Part shown: positions 38,783-52,799 of the stretch, piece by piece | Numbering within the stretch: position 1 is the first letter of the stretch | How the letters are laid out: each line of letters begins with the position of its first letter | Assembly (NCBI GenBank): GCA_964016885.1 | Contig: OZ024744.1 | Span: 102,424,001 to 102,488,000, forward strand | DNA: 64,000 nucleotides | Direction of reading: 5' to 3' | DNA from: Eledone cirrhosa | Lineage: Eukaryota | The notes under the pieces: model-generated | Databases searched by the model: none | What the model was told of the DNA's origin: nothing | What the model saw: the letters and a program-made list of their open reading frames with translations, nothing else | Position numbers and translations under genes: made by a program

Positions 38783-41700
38783 CACATTTCACTCCCAACC
38801 CATCTCAGATACGGTTCATTATTGTGTTTTCTCTCAAGTAATGTAATCTATTTGTTTCCTTCTCCAACCATGCCTAATCCATACATTCCTCGCACAGATC
38901 TCCACCTCTCTTCCAACTCATATTTTTCCTTCTTTTCTAAAATCACTTCGCCCTTTGGCCATATATTTCTCCTATCTCACTCCTGAACTAAAAATATTTC
39001 GTTTTGGCAATATGCCCATGGCCCTCCCTCCCACATGAACCAACTCAATCCATACTACTCCTAGGGCAGTTGTTTTCCATCTGATGTTTGTTGCTGTATG
39101 GCATATGGATTACTCTGAGCATTACTAATTGACGAATATGAACCCACCAAGTCACCCCTCCTATGTTCACACACTCCCCCTACCAAGTTCCCATCATCTA
39201 CCTCTTGCTTTCCTATCAAACTCCATAACTTCAGAGTTGGCACCACGAAAGGTAAATCTGGAGAGATTGTAGAGATACTTGAATGAATGAAAATCGATGT
39301 GTGCTATGTACAAGAGACAAGATGGAGAGGTATGTACAAGAGACAAGATGGAGAGGTATGTCTGCTAGATTCCTCATAGGCAAAAAAATGATGCTATAAA
39401 TTTTCTGGGTGGGAAATGACAACGGGCTGGGTGGAATAGGGATTTTGGTAGCAGAAAGGTGGGTAAACAAGGTTATTGCTGTAAATAGAGTAAATGACGA
39501 AATAATTAAACTTAGACTTGTACTAAATAGAACCATGACAATTATATCTGCTTACGCTCCTCAATTTGGGCTCCCAGACATACTAAAAGACAGGTTCTAT
39601 AAGACCCTAATAAACACTACCTCCCAAATAAACGATAGCGACTTCCTACTCGTTACAGGTGAATTTAACGGGCGTGTTGTGATCTACGGGGTTTTTCAAG
39701 CAAGGTGTTACAAATGAGGAAGGCTTCAGACTACTGGAATTCTGTGGCGCAAACGACCTATCTATCTGTAATACAAACTTCAGAAAATGAGACAACCACC
39801 TAATCACATATATATCAGGTGACCACGCCAACCAAATTGATTTCATTCTTACTAGAAGATGAGACAGAGTGACTGTTAGGAACACAAAGTTACTCCCCAG
39901 TGAAGAATGCACCTCCTAACATAACTTAGTCAGAGCTATAAGAACTCGACAACAGTAGCTTACCTGGAGTAGACGAGTATGGAAGTTAAAAGACCCATCA
40001 TCCAGTAACAAATTTATAAGTATGTTGACCGACACCTTCAACAGCAAGGAAGAGAAAATAGAGACATATGGTATAGAGGAGCAGTGGGAGTTCCTGAAAG
40101 ATAACCTACTGAAGGTGACTGATGAAATCTGTGGTTTGATTAGGTCTCTAGGGAGACAGAGTGACTTGGTGGTGAAATAGTAAAGTAGATGAGACAATTA
40201 AGGCCAAAAGACAGGCTTGGAAAGATTGGCGTAATGAGGGGTAGCAGAGAAGTTTACCAGAAGATAGGTGTAATGGGGGTAACAGAGAAGTTTACCAGAA
40301 GGCTAGGAGAGAAGATAGGTGTAATGGGGGTAACAGAGAAGTTTACCAGAAGGCTAGGAGAGAAGATAGGTGTAATGGGGGTAACAGAAGTTTACCAGAA
40401 GGCTAGGAGAGAAGATAGGTGTAATGGGGGTAACAGAGAAGTTTACCAGAAGGCTAGGAGAGAAGATAGGTGTAATGGGGGTAACAGAGAAGTTTACCAA
40501 AAGGCTAGGAGAGAAGATAGGCGACAAGTTTACCTCGCTAGAAGGGAAGCAGAAAAAAAATTTAAGCACTTTTTTCAGCATGAGAATGAAAGACGTGAGG
40601 TGTTCAGGATTTTACGGCAGTGTGTCAGGGAAAATTGTAATGTCAGTGGGGAGAAGTGTGCCTGAAATGATTTTGGCGAACTTTCCCTCACTGATGCTGA
40701 AAAGAAGGTAGTATGGAAGTGTCACGGGGAGAAGAAAATTTGTCACATGTTGACCTAACAGAGGGACCGGCTGTACAAGTTAACAGTAGTATCGTAATAA
40801 GGCAATTAAGGATAAGAAGTCAAGCAGAGCAGCTGGTCCCTCAGGGATAGTTGCTGAGATGCTGAAAGCATCAGGTATGATGGTTCATACCATAGTCTCC
40901 CACATTGTAAACCAAGTTATACAGAAATGGAGTCATACCCAATGACTGGTGTAGCAGCATGATCATAAATTGCTACGAAGGGAAAGGTGATGCTCTAGAT
41001 AGAGAAAATTATCGAGGCATTAAGTTGGTTGACCAGGTTATGAAGGTCTCTGAAAGAATCATAGCTCAGCTGATTAGAGAACGAGTTAACCCAAATAAGA
41101 TGCAATTTTGATTTGTTCTATGTAAAAGTACCACAGATGCCTTCTTCCTTGTAAGACAACTGCAGAAAAAATACCTAGTTAAGAGTAAACCCCTCTACTT
41201 GGCTTTTGTCAACCTGGAGAAAGCTTTTGACAAGAGTACCCTTGTTCCGTTATCTGGTGGGCTCTTAGAAAACTAGGAGTTGATGAATGGCTTGTGAGGG
41301 CAGTTCAAGCAATGTATAGAAGAACAGTCAACAAAGTTAGAATTAACAATGACTATAGCGAAAAATTTAGCATGCAGGTTGGTGTCCATCAAGGCTCTGT
41401 TCTTAGCCCTCTCCTGTTTATTATTATTTTGCAGGCAAAACGGAGGAGTTTAAGACTGGCTGCCCATGGGAACTTCAGTACGCTGATGACTTAACCTTTA
41501 TTTCCAAATCTATTGCTGAATTAGAGATGAAATTCCAAACCCGGAAGCACAGCCTAGAATCTAAAGGTTTTAAAGTCAACTTGGCAAAGACTAAAGTCCT
41601 AGAAGGGAAAACAGGGCCCTGCTCACTGTGCAGAAATGGAGTAGGTAGAAATTCCATTCTATATCCGAAATGCAAGCAACGGGTTCACAAGAGATGTGGG

Positions 41701-42693
41701 ATATCAGACAGACTAACAAAGAATGTAGGTTTTACATGTGGCCAGTGCACAGGGGCAGTAAGTAGCAAGAACCCTCAGGATACACAGCTCATTAGAAGTG
41801 GTAGATAGTTTCTGTTACCTTGGTGACAAAACTAATAGTGGGGGAGAGTGTTCTGAAAGCACAATAATCAGAGTGAGATCGGGTTGGAGAAAATTCACGG
41901 AGCTATTACCGCTGCTAACTATAAAAGGGTTATCCCTTAAAATGAAAAGCAGACTATATGATGCATGTATAAGAACAATTAATTTGCACAGCAGCAAGAT
42001 GTGGGCACTGTGAGCTGAGGACCTGCGAAGATTGGAAAGAAATGAAACCTCCATGCTTCGCAGGATGTGCATTAGCAACATACATGAACGGTAAAGTATA
42101 AATATACTGCGTGAGGAATTAGGCATAAGAGGGACCAGTTGTTGCATGCAGCAGAGGAGATTGTGTTGGTATGGACATGTGATGCATATGAAGGATGACA
42201 TCTGTATAAAAAGGTGCAGAGCACTCAAAGTTGATGGTAGCCGTGGAGTGGGCAGGCCTAGAAGGGATGAGGTAATAAAAGCTGGCCTTGCACAATTACA
42301 GCTCATTAAGGCGATGACACAGGACCACGACCTCTGGTACTATGCAGTATTACAGAAGACCCGCCTTCCAATATGCTTGAGCCGAACCATATATCTAATA
42401 GGCAACACCTTTCTCTACCATCTCCCCTCCCATTGCTGTAACCACCATCCCCTAGTACCTACATCCTCAGTTTCCCCAAGCTTCCTAGTTCCCATCCAAC
42501 ACCATGTAGTGGACCACGTGTCAAGACAAAATTGCCCAGTCCACACTGTAAATGTAGTTGGCGTTAGGAAGGGCATCCAAGCCAGAATTAGCAGCAGGTG
42601 AGCAAAACACGGTCTTTGACCAGATTTGCTCACAAAGAGTCAACGCGTCCTACCTATGCTAGCATGGAAGATAGACGTTAAATGATAATGATA
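38783..42693 (+). mobile_element. Near-full-length decayed RTE LINE (5' leader, EN, RT, PHD-like finger, 3' UTR)
   Basis: VQETRWRG, GIGILVAERWV, ISAYAPQ, VGVHQGSVLSPLLF, YADDL, CSLCRNGVGRNSI..HKRC..CGQC, RRLCWYGHV; tail GACGTTAAATGATAATGA. Many stops and frameshifts. Confidence 0.92.
40232..40522. repeat. ~51-bp x5-6 tandem repeat inside the RTE ORF
   Basis: Unit GAGAAGTTTACCAGAAGGCTAGGAGAGAAGATAGGTGTAATGGGGGTAACA. Confidence 0.92.
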
Positions 42694-42890
42694 AGTTATT
42701 GTAGCAATAATACAGCTGATAACAGTCATTGTAGCAATAACAGTTATGGTAGCTATAACAGTTATTGTAGCAATAATACAGCTGATAACAGTTATTGTAG
42801 CAATAACAGTTGATATAACAGTTATTGTAGTTATAACAGTCATTGTAGCAATAGCAGTTTATATAACAGTCATTGTAGCTAACATAGTTA
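42694..42890. repeat. Minisatellite, right part
   Basis: Same ATAACAGT(T/C)ATTGTAGCAAT units as 38140-38782. Confidence 0.88.
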
Positions 42891-44175
42891 ATATGTTTCA
42901 TTAACTAACTCTGATATTACTGTTCCCTAATCAGGAATAAAACAAGAGCTGATGAATGAGGTGCTATATAATAGCCCAACATTAGCGTGAAACCATTTAA
43001 AGCAACATGGCAGAGAACATAACGATAATACATTATAGACATTTATGTTCTATTGATGTCATTTGTTGATAAATCTGTTTGGAACTAAATGATGCTTTTA
43101 TAATGACAAAATAATTGATATGAATTAATAATATAAAGTGAGCCAACTAATGCCAAACAGATGATATTGGATGCTGGCCATGTATTAAGTAGGACGATAT
43201 ATATACTAAAATAGTATTTCTCTGCTGGGATAGACGGCAAATTGACACAATTCACACCACAGAACCATTTGACATAGAATATGAATATTAATTATAATTT
43301 TGTATATATGAGTATAGAAATTGGGTTCCTCTGAGGGGTCTTTGGAGTAATGTTACTTGATATAATGCATAGCTTGGAGATCAGAGAATCACTCCAGGTA
43401 AAGCCGCTATTTTTCCAAATTGAAAGATCACAACCCCGATAGTATTGGCATGTGGTCAGAATGTCTCAGGAAAGAATTGCTGGACAGATTTTATGAGGAA
43501 AACCAACCAAAATGGTTGGATAATATCCATAAGCTCAGCTGATCTCGCTTGGGGATCCAGTTGGAGACGGTTGCTTCTGACAGGACCTGCTAGAAGGAGT
43601 GTTTGAGTACTTTTCCCCCATAACCCTCTCAGGAATAAGTGGACAAAGAAAAAAAAAAAGATGTACATATAATTTATATACATCTTGGCATTAATGGTTA
43701 AATTTAAATTTAGAAAACACACGCAATCATAAATATATATATATACATACATACATATGTATGTATGTGTGTGTGTGTGTGTGTAGATATAATACAGATG
43801 CATGGATAAGTTCGCTTGGCAGGAAATGATGTGGTTCTTCGTTTGAACAAGCGTTTTCTATTATAGCCTAAGGTGAAGCCAAGTATTATAAATGTGACAA
43901 TGTAAACGAGTGAAAGCCAGTTAGATAGGGTGTACAAGTAATCTAAGGTAACAGTTCAGTATGATAAAATCACTGACATAGTGAATTATAATTATATATA
44001 TTCACATACACACACACACGTATGTGTTAAAATTCTGTTATAACGAATATCATTATAACAAACTTTTTTCAATCTCTGAGGTAATAAGAAACAAATGCTT
44101 GATCTTATAAAGAATTTTTTGTTACAATAAATTTTTTTTATACCCTGTGAATTTCACTGTGTATATGTATATATG

Positions 44176-44229
<54 letters not shown>

Positions 44230-44419
44230 AGGGTAGATAAGCTTTCTGAAGAAGTGTGATAAATAATTAAGCATTGCATATGATTGAACAATATATAATG
44301 TAGGGAGTATATGTAGATGATTATAATAGACACAGAAACGTATGTTAAAGCCAATAAATTCTAACTTTTCTTTTTGCTGAAATCTACTTTTCTTGGTGCA
44401 ATACTTGCTTTTATATTTA

Positions 44420-44451
<32 letters not shown>

Positions 44452-45042
44452 AGTGTAGTTAATATGAAGCATAGTGAGATATGTAATAAAAGACCGATAA
44501 TTTTTAAATCACCAGTACAATGAGGTAGAAAAATACAAAGGGAAAATGACAAATAAAACAAGACATGGTAATGTTTTACTCAGTATATTTCAACATGATA
44601 TTTCAGTGCTAATACCTCTTTTCAAATTTGGAGCTGAAACTGTTTAAAACAAAATCAACAATTAGAAATGCACAAGGTTACTATAACAACTTTATATATG
44701 TGTATTTCAGACATGCAGGCCAGTTAAGGAAGAACACATCGATCATTCATTTTGTTTTTGAATGGTTTGCCCTGAAATGTTAAAATACACAGGGCAAAGC
44801 ATTACCTTTTCTATTGCATTGTACCAGCTTTTTTAAAATTATCGGTTTTATGTATATATATATATACATAGGAAAAAGTATGACCCCGACGGCAGAGCTC
44901 AAGCCGTTTCGACGGCTATTTCCAGAAATAGCCATCGAGGTCATACTTTTTCCTATTACCCACTCTACTACTCTAAGTATTGAGTACTCTGGTGCGTTAT
45001 GATCCATCTGGTTCCTTACCACAACTCCTTCGTTATATATAT

Positions 45043-47672
45043 AATTTTTCTGGGTGGGAAATGACGATGGGATGGGTGGTGTAGGTATCCTACTAGCTGA
45101 CAAGTGGGTAGATAAAGTAATCTCAGTGAACAGGGTGAATGCAAGAATCATTAAACTCAGACTAGTCCTGAATAAAACAATTACCGCAATAATATCAGCT
45201 TACGCACCCCAATCGGGGTTGCCAGACGAACTTAAGGATAGGTTTTACGAGTCCGTAATGCACACTACTGCTCTAACAAACGACAATGACTTCCTAATCA
45301 TTGCAGGAGATTTTAACGGACACATAGGTAAACACCGTGACGGCTTCTATAGAGTCCATGGGGTTGGCACAAGAAATGAAGAAGGATTCAGGCTTTTAGA
45401 ATTCTGCGACGCCAATGACATGTCGATATGTAACACAAACTTCAAAAAACCCGTCAACCACCTGATCACCTAAAGATCAGGGGAGCACTCCAGTCAGATA
45501 GATTTTATCCTCATCAGAGGACGTGACAGATGGATGGTCGTAAACACAAAAGCCTTCCCTAGTGAGGAATGTACCTCCCAACATAGCTTAGTTGTCAGCG
45601 ACCTCACGGTCAGAAATAGACGGACCTGGAAACAGAAGCCAACCTGGAGAAGAAAGATCTGGAAGCTGAAAGACCCCTCAGCCAGTAACAGACTTAAAGA
45701 TATTTTACTCAATGCCTACGACAGTAAAGAAGAACAGATAGAGACATTCAATGTAGAAGAGCACTGGGAGTTCCTAAAAAATAACTTACTAAAAGCGACG
45801 GATGAGATCTGTGGCTGGAGTAAGACCACAGGCAGGAGGAGAGTGACTTGGTGATGGAACAATAAGGTAGATGAGACAGTTAAGGCCAAGAGACAGGCAT
45901 GGAAAGAATGGAAGAACAGGGGAAGCCGGGTACATTACATAGAGACCAGGAGGGAAGCTAGGCGAGAAGCAGAGGATAGAAAATTCAAGCATGTTTTGCA
46001 ACATGAGGACCGGAAACAGGTGTTCAAGATTGCGAGGGAGTATGTCAGAGAGAATTGTGATGTCATTGGAGAGAAGTGTATCCGGAATGATAAAGGTGAG
46101 CTTGCCCTCACAAGTGCTGACAAGAAAGATGCATGGAAGAGCCATTATGATAGATTACCAAATGAGGAGAATGCTTGGGAAGAAGAGACCCTACCCCAAG
46201 TAGACCCTATAGAGGGGCCAGCAGTACAAGTCAGCAGCAGCGTAGTAAGTAAGGCAATCAAAGATATGAAGATGAGGAAGGCAACCGGTCCATCGGGTAT
46301 AACTGCTGAGATGCTGAAAGCATCTGGGTCGGTAGGTCACACCATAGCCACACGTATTGTTAACCAGGTAATACTAGAAGGTGTCATACCAAAGGATTGG
46401 TGCAGTAGCATCATTGTCAACTGCTACAACAAAGGTAAAGGTGATGCACTAGATAGAGGAAACTATAGAGGTATAAAGCTGATGGACCAGGTCATGAAAG
46501 TAACAGAAAGAGTTATAGCACAGTTGATTAGGGACCGGGTAAAACTAGATGAGATGCAATTTGGGTTTGTGCCAGGAAAAGGCACCACTGATGCCCTCTT
46601 TCTTGTGAGGCAGTTACAGGAAAAGTACCTAGCTAAAAGTAAGCCACTCTACCTGATCTCGAGAAAGCCTTTGACAGAGTTCTTTGGTGGACTCTTAGAA
46701 AATTAGGAATAGCTGAATGGCTTGTGAAAGCTGTACAAGCCACGTATAGAGGAGCAGTCAGCAAAGTTAGGATTAGCAATGAGTATAGTGAGGAATTTAG
46801 CGTACAGGTCGGTGTCCACCAGGGCTCTGTTTTTAGTCTTCTCCTGTTCATCATAGTCCTGCAGGCAATAATGGAGGAGTTTAAGACCGGATGCCTATGG
46901 GAACTCCTGTATGCAGATGACCTCGCACTTATAGCTTAATCTATGGTAGAACTAGATAAGAAATCCCAAACTTGGAAGCAGGGACTAGAAAGAAAGGGTC
47001 TCAAAGTCAACCTGACAGAAATGAAGCTTGCATGCTCCGATGGATGTGTAATAGTAATATACGCGTACGACAAAGCATAAATGAATTGGGAGAGAGACTG
47101 AGCATAAGAGGAATCAAATGCTGTGTGCAGGAGAGGAGGTTGCGTTGGTATGGACATGTGATGCGTATGAAGGATGACAGCTGCATAAAAAGGTGCAGAG
47201 CAGTAGAAGTTGATGGAAACCGCGGAGTGGGGAGACCCAAGAAGATCTGGGATGAGGTGATAAAAGCCAACCTTACCCAATTACACCTCTCAAAGGCGAT
47301 GACACACGACCGTGACCTCTGGTGTCACGCAGTAATACAGAAGACCCGACCCCCCACAGGTACAAGCCAAAGCTGAAGCATATAGACAATATGCCCCCAC
47401 ACCCTCCCCCTGCAAAGTGGTCGTGGAGGTGCCACGGTAAAAAAGCACCCAGCCCACACTGTAAAGTGGACGTGTAGGCACCACGAAAAAGCACCCAGCA
47501 CTCACTGTAAATGAGGTTGGTGTTAGGAAGGGCATCCAGCTGTAGAAATCAAGCCAGAATCAGTTTCCATATGAGCAAGACAAGGTCAGCCGACCAGACA
47601 CTGCCCACAACAGGACAACCATCTAACCCATGCTAGCGTGGAAGAACAGATGTAAATTGGTGGTGGTGGTGG

Positions 47673-47723
<51 letters not shown>
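45043..47723 (+). mobile_element. 5'-truncated RTE LINE with an internal deletion; (GGT)(GAT)n tail followed by (GTAT)n
   Basis: ORFs 45054-45473 (EN: YAPQ, GDFNGH), 45996-46706 (NYRGIKLM, QFGFVPG), 46724-46939 (YADDL), 46972-47376 (RRLRWYGHV, GRPKK). Confidence 0.93.
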
Positions 47724-47725
<2 letters not shown>

Positions 47726-47842
47726 TATGTATGTATGTATGTATGTATGTATGTATGTATGTATGTATGTATGTATGTATGTATGTATGTATGTATGTAT
47801 GTATGTATGTATATATATATATATACACACACATACATGCAT

Positions 47843-48175
47843 AAAGGATGTATCAAAAAGAACCATCTTTCAAAAGGCTACATTTTTTAAACATAATCAT
47901 GTGGTAACTTGTACAATACATATCTGAATATAAACATTTACTCTTTTTTATAACTTTTTATGAAGTTATTTACAATTTCTACATGCCTTTCAGTCTGCTT
48001 CAGTCTACTAACTGGAATGTATGAACGAATTGTGGTGTAGATATATGCAGTGTCTGAAGGTGGGCATATTCAGCATTTGTAAGAATTGTAAATAATACTT
48101 AATATTCTTACATATATTGTACATGTCACAAAAAGATAGCCTTTTGAAATCAGATGATTCTTTTTCATACACTCT

Positions 48176-48177
<2 letters not shown>
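47843..48177. mobile_element. MITE with ~36-bp TIRs (Tc1/mariner-like)
   Basis: AGGATGTATCAAAAAGAACCATCTTTCAAAAGGCTA ... TAGCCTTTTGAAATCAGATGATTCTTTTTCATACACTCT; TA-rich flanks. Confidence 0.6.
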
Positions 48178-48232
<55 letters not shown>

Positions 48233-49929
48233 CATACACACACATATACATATACATATGTATGGACCCATAACTTTTGAAGGAATCATTGGTGGCTTAT
48301 AAACATACAGCATTTCTATAGGCATTACTAAAATTCTGGCGGAGCCCATCGCCTCTCCATGTCTAAATACAGCAGATTCCTTCCAGAGAAGGATAGAGAG
48401 AATGTGAAAATGGCAGTGAGAAAGATATAGAGGAAGAATCAATCCCAGTATTAGACTGGTATTTTTTTTTTAAATCGACCTTGAATGGATGAAAGGTAAA
48501 GTTGACCTTGGTGGGATTTGAACTCGGAGAACAGAGAGTCAAAATGAAAACTACAAAGCATTCTATCTGATGTTCTAACAATTCTGCCAATTCATTGCCT
48601 ACACATACACACACATATATATATACATAATGTATACATCCATACATGTATATATACATATATATGTGTATATATACACACACTATCAAATTTTCAAGCA
48701 CTGTTAGTATAAAGTGAATTTTTAACAACACCCGATAAAGCACCAGTATGTACATAAACTTATTTAGAACCCACCCACCCCCAACTTGTCAACTAAGCAG
48801 CAGTATGATGTAGATTTATTCCTAGATAGGTTGGCACAGTTAAAAAGCATGTGATTGTTCATGAGCCTTGAACTGCAGTTGTTCTGATATCAATGCCATT
48901 TGTGTGTATCCTCAAAGTTAATTCTTAAGTGAGGGTATCCATATTTTAAATATCTTGTGGTAAACTACAATATTTTAGTTTTTAAGGTTTTATAGAAAAT
49001 GCATATACATACACACAGATTCATACTCATACATTTGGATGAACAGAAGAAAATAATGCTGAATATATGTAGTATAGTATATACATTTATTTCTACGTGA
49101 GGTTGTACCCCATTGCTACTCCAAAGAAACAGGAAACTTAGAGGGAACAAGGCTTTAAAATTCAGCATTAAATACATGAACACACACACACAGATACATA
49201 CTAACATATATACAAACATACATTCATGAGTTTGATTTGAAATCCTGTGCTAAAAGAAATGTAGACCTACATGCAGGTTATATTATATAGAGTAATATAT
49301 TGTATATGAAAAGCTCTCCTTGTACATCTATAACCAATAATCTATTTATAATTGTGAAATTTTAATGAATTTATGACTGCTATTGATACAATAGTTTAAA
49401 AACACACGTGCTGATTGGGGGGGGGGGGGGGTGTAAGTACAGGAATGACTGTTGTTAAGGAGTTCATTTCTCAATATAATTCTGGGTTCAAGGCGAGTGC
49501 ATGACATCTTGGGCAAGTGTTTTTTTACTGTAGCCTCGGGTTGAGCAATGCTGTGCGAGTGAAATTTGGTAGGCAGAAACTGTGTGGAAGCTGTCATATA
49601 CAGACCACCTAACAAAATTTTTAAATCCACTTTGTTGTTTGCAAAATGCTTGCAATTGTTTCAATCTAGTGCATCATCCTCATCATTTAAATATTTTTAG
49701 CACAGTTGTTTGCCATACCCATTTGTTTTAAAGGATTGTTCTTGTCAAATCTGTATACTTCATGATCGGGTAAAACATCACCACTTATTGACATTAAAGA
49801 GCCCAAACAGTAGCTCTATAAGACACATTATTTAATCAGAGCATGAGATTTCTGTCAACTGACTTGTAGCAAAACAACAGTCCATAATGTTAGGAAGTGC
49901 TATGAACTAAATTTATGGCTCATATTCTC

Positions 49930-50640
49930 TGACAAGAAGTGAAGCGGTCACCCAAGAAAAACTATCTTTAGAGATGATTGTATCATTAAAAACATTATCT
50001 CACATCCTCCTACAAGTTCATACAAAAAAACATTAGTGCTGACTGCTTTTAAGAGATTCAGAGGTGATTGCACAAACATTAGAGTGAAAGAGCAACTGGG
50101 CCCAGTTATGTTTTCTGATAAATCAATACTGCAGCAGTACACTGGTGTAATGTCAGGTCTCAGGGAGAAAAAAAGATACCATGAAAAAATATACTGTACA
50201 GAAAATCTAACCCAGTTAGATAATTTGAGACGGTATTTAAAAGTCTGGAACAAACAGGTTATATTTCTTTGATTTTGAGGTAATTATGAATGGCCAAAAG
50301 AAGCTGGAGCTGATGAAGGACAAACTGGAAATACACATGTGCATAAATGGTTGCAACATATACACAATGATGCTCCATGCTAGAGAGCAAAGATTGTACA
50401 AGAATACCTTTAAAAGGTTATGATCACAACACTAGAGTAACCTGGAAATATCTCTGACCTCAATCCCATTGAAAATTTGTGGGAATACATGAGGAACAAG
50501 GTTTCATACAAACAACCAACCAACAATGAAAAGCCTCAATGAATTAAAAAACTTTCACAGGAATATTTGTCAGGCTCATATCTGGCATGCTTTGTCATAT
50601 TCATATGTTCATCAAAACAAAAGATAGATATACAAAATAC
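49930..50640 (+). mobile_element. Decayed Tc1-family transposase
   Basis: SGHPRKT at about 49943, VMFSDKS at about 50105, and *PGNISDLNPIENLWEYM at about 50440-50492 (the WP..SPDLNPIENLW motif). Frameshifted. Confidence 0.75.
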
Positions 50641-51159
50641 TTTTTTATAGTGATATTGATGTCTGAAAACATCTTCAACACAATTAAAGGGAGTATTAAA
50701 TTCTATTTTCATTTTATCCTTGATTTTAGTTTAAAATGACACACACATACAACTTTTTCGAAGTAGTGCCCCAGCAAGACTGTAGCTAATGACTGAAACC
50801 AGTATAAGAACAGTAACAGGTATACATATGTACATGATAAAAAATATAACCCTAACAATAAAACAAATCAAAAGCCACCACTATGTCCAAACTTTCTCCT
50901 GGTTGATAAAACTCCTCTAATATAAACAACAAATTGCAACAGATGATTATGAAAGAGAAAAAAACTTTTTAAAATTCCTTCAATTTTTGTCTGTAATAAA
51001 ATTAGTAAACAACTGACACTAAAACTACCTAATGTAGAAAACAACACTAGAAAGATTTTGGAATGTAAAAGAACCTAAGAAATTAATTATTCCAAATAAA
51101 AATATAAGGGAAATGAAAAAAAAAAATTGAAACTGGAGCATAATTTGGTTTTCAATAAT

Positions 51160-51378
51160 TTTTTAGCATTTAAACCGGATGTATCTGGCCAGAATTCTCT
51201 CACCTCTTTCTGTTCAAACTGGCTGTAACCAGCCGCTCATACTGATGTTAAAGTATTGTTCTCAAAATAAACAATATTAAAATCTCATAGATATTATATG
51301 AAATAATTATGTGAGATAAAGCCTTTACCATGAAAATATTATAGTAAACGTAGAGTAATGTAAATGCTGAAGGGTTAA
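51160..51378. mobile_element. TTAA MITE copy
   Basis: TTTAGCATTTAAACCGG ... AAATGCTGAAGGGTTAA; reverse complement of 7633-7861. Confidence 0.7.
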
Positions 51379-51719
51379 AAGATTAGATGTTTTATGTTCC
51401 AGATATAATTAACTAGCGATCATCACCATAATTTCATGTTTTCTTTGATAGCAAGGGATGAACAGGTTGTCACAGACTGACACAAGATGGTTGGATAACA
51501 TACATGAGCTTGGCTGGAGTGTTTGAGGACTCTGCCCTCATGACCTTCTCAGGAATAAGTGGGCGAAGAATAAGAAACCTATCCAGGTTTGGTCGGCATC
51601 CTATGTAGCATCTCAGGAAATTTCTTGGATATTTTAATGGTAGGATCTCCAGTCACAAAAAGCAATGTGAAATGAAGCATCTTGCTCAAGAACTTGTTGT
51701 CAACTCCAGGAATTGAAAA

Positions 51720-52170
51720 AGGTGACCATATGCAATTGCACCTCTCAGAAAATGATACAGGATCGAGATCTTTGGCATTATGATGTAATACAGAAGACAT
51801 GCCTTCCCATGCGCACAGACTCAAACATACATCTATTAGGCACCTCTTAACCAGTATACCCCCTTCTATACACCTCCACACCCACTTCGGTTAACACCAC
51901 CCTTACACTGCAAAGTTATGTTGGTATCACAACAAAATAAAAAAAGCATCCAGCACACACTGTAAAGTGGTTGTGTAGGAATCATGGCAAAAAGCATCCA
52001 GCACACACTGTAAAGTGAATTTGTAGGAGTCATGGCAAAAAGCACCCAGCACTCACTGTATATGTGGTTGACAATAGGAAGAGATCCAGTCATACAAACC
52101 TAACCCAATTTGCCTCTAATGGGACAGTCTGCCTACCCCATGCTAGCATGGAAAATGCACGTTAAACAAT
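51720..52170 (+). mobile_element. RTE 3' end with ~48-bp x3 repeat in the 3' UTR
   Basis: AAAAAGCA(T/C)CCAGCAC(A/T)CACTGTA x3 at about 51941-52040; tail ATGCTAGCATGGAAAATGCACGTTAAAC. Confidence 0.75.
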
Positions 52171-52799
52171 ATATATATATCATGTTTAATATAGAAATAG
52201 CATCAGCCAGGGACTCATATATATACACACACATACATATGGCTGTGTGGTTATGAAAATCATTTTGTAATCATAATTTCAAGTTCAGCCCAACTGCATG
52301 GCATCTCCTTGAACAAGTGTATATATCACTACAGATTTGGGTCAAACAATGCTGGATAAGTGAAATTTGGTACACAGAAACTGCAGAAGCCTGTCATGCT
52401 TATGTTGTTTATGTCTCATAATCTAGCAGAACAACAAATAGAGAGCAATAAAATAAGTAGCAGACATGAACAAATCAGTACAGAGGTCAATATCGACTAA
52501 TGGTTGAAACCAGTACAACAATGTGTATATATATATACACACACATATACACTCAGTTGATAGCCTCTGTTACATAGGTGACTTCATCAGTTTTGAAATA
52601 GGGTGCCCTTAAAGCATAGTGGCTAGAATAACATTAAGATGGAAAAAGTTCAGGGAGTTACTACTGCTTTTGGCAACAGAGGGATTATCTCTCTGAGCAA
52701 AAGGTTGATTATATGATGCTTGTGTGTGAAGTATAATGTTTTATAGAGAGGTATGATCATTGAATGTAGAGGGTATGTGATTACTGGAAAGAAATAAAG

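Noticed and set aside
40189-40665. 158-aa repetitive ORF
   Set aside because: Read-through of the 51-bp tandem inside a dead LINE, not a host gene.
42640-42901. Cys/Tyr/Asn-rich and Thr/Val/Ile-rich ORFs
   Set aside because: Minisatellite translations.
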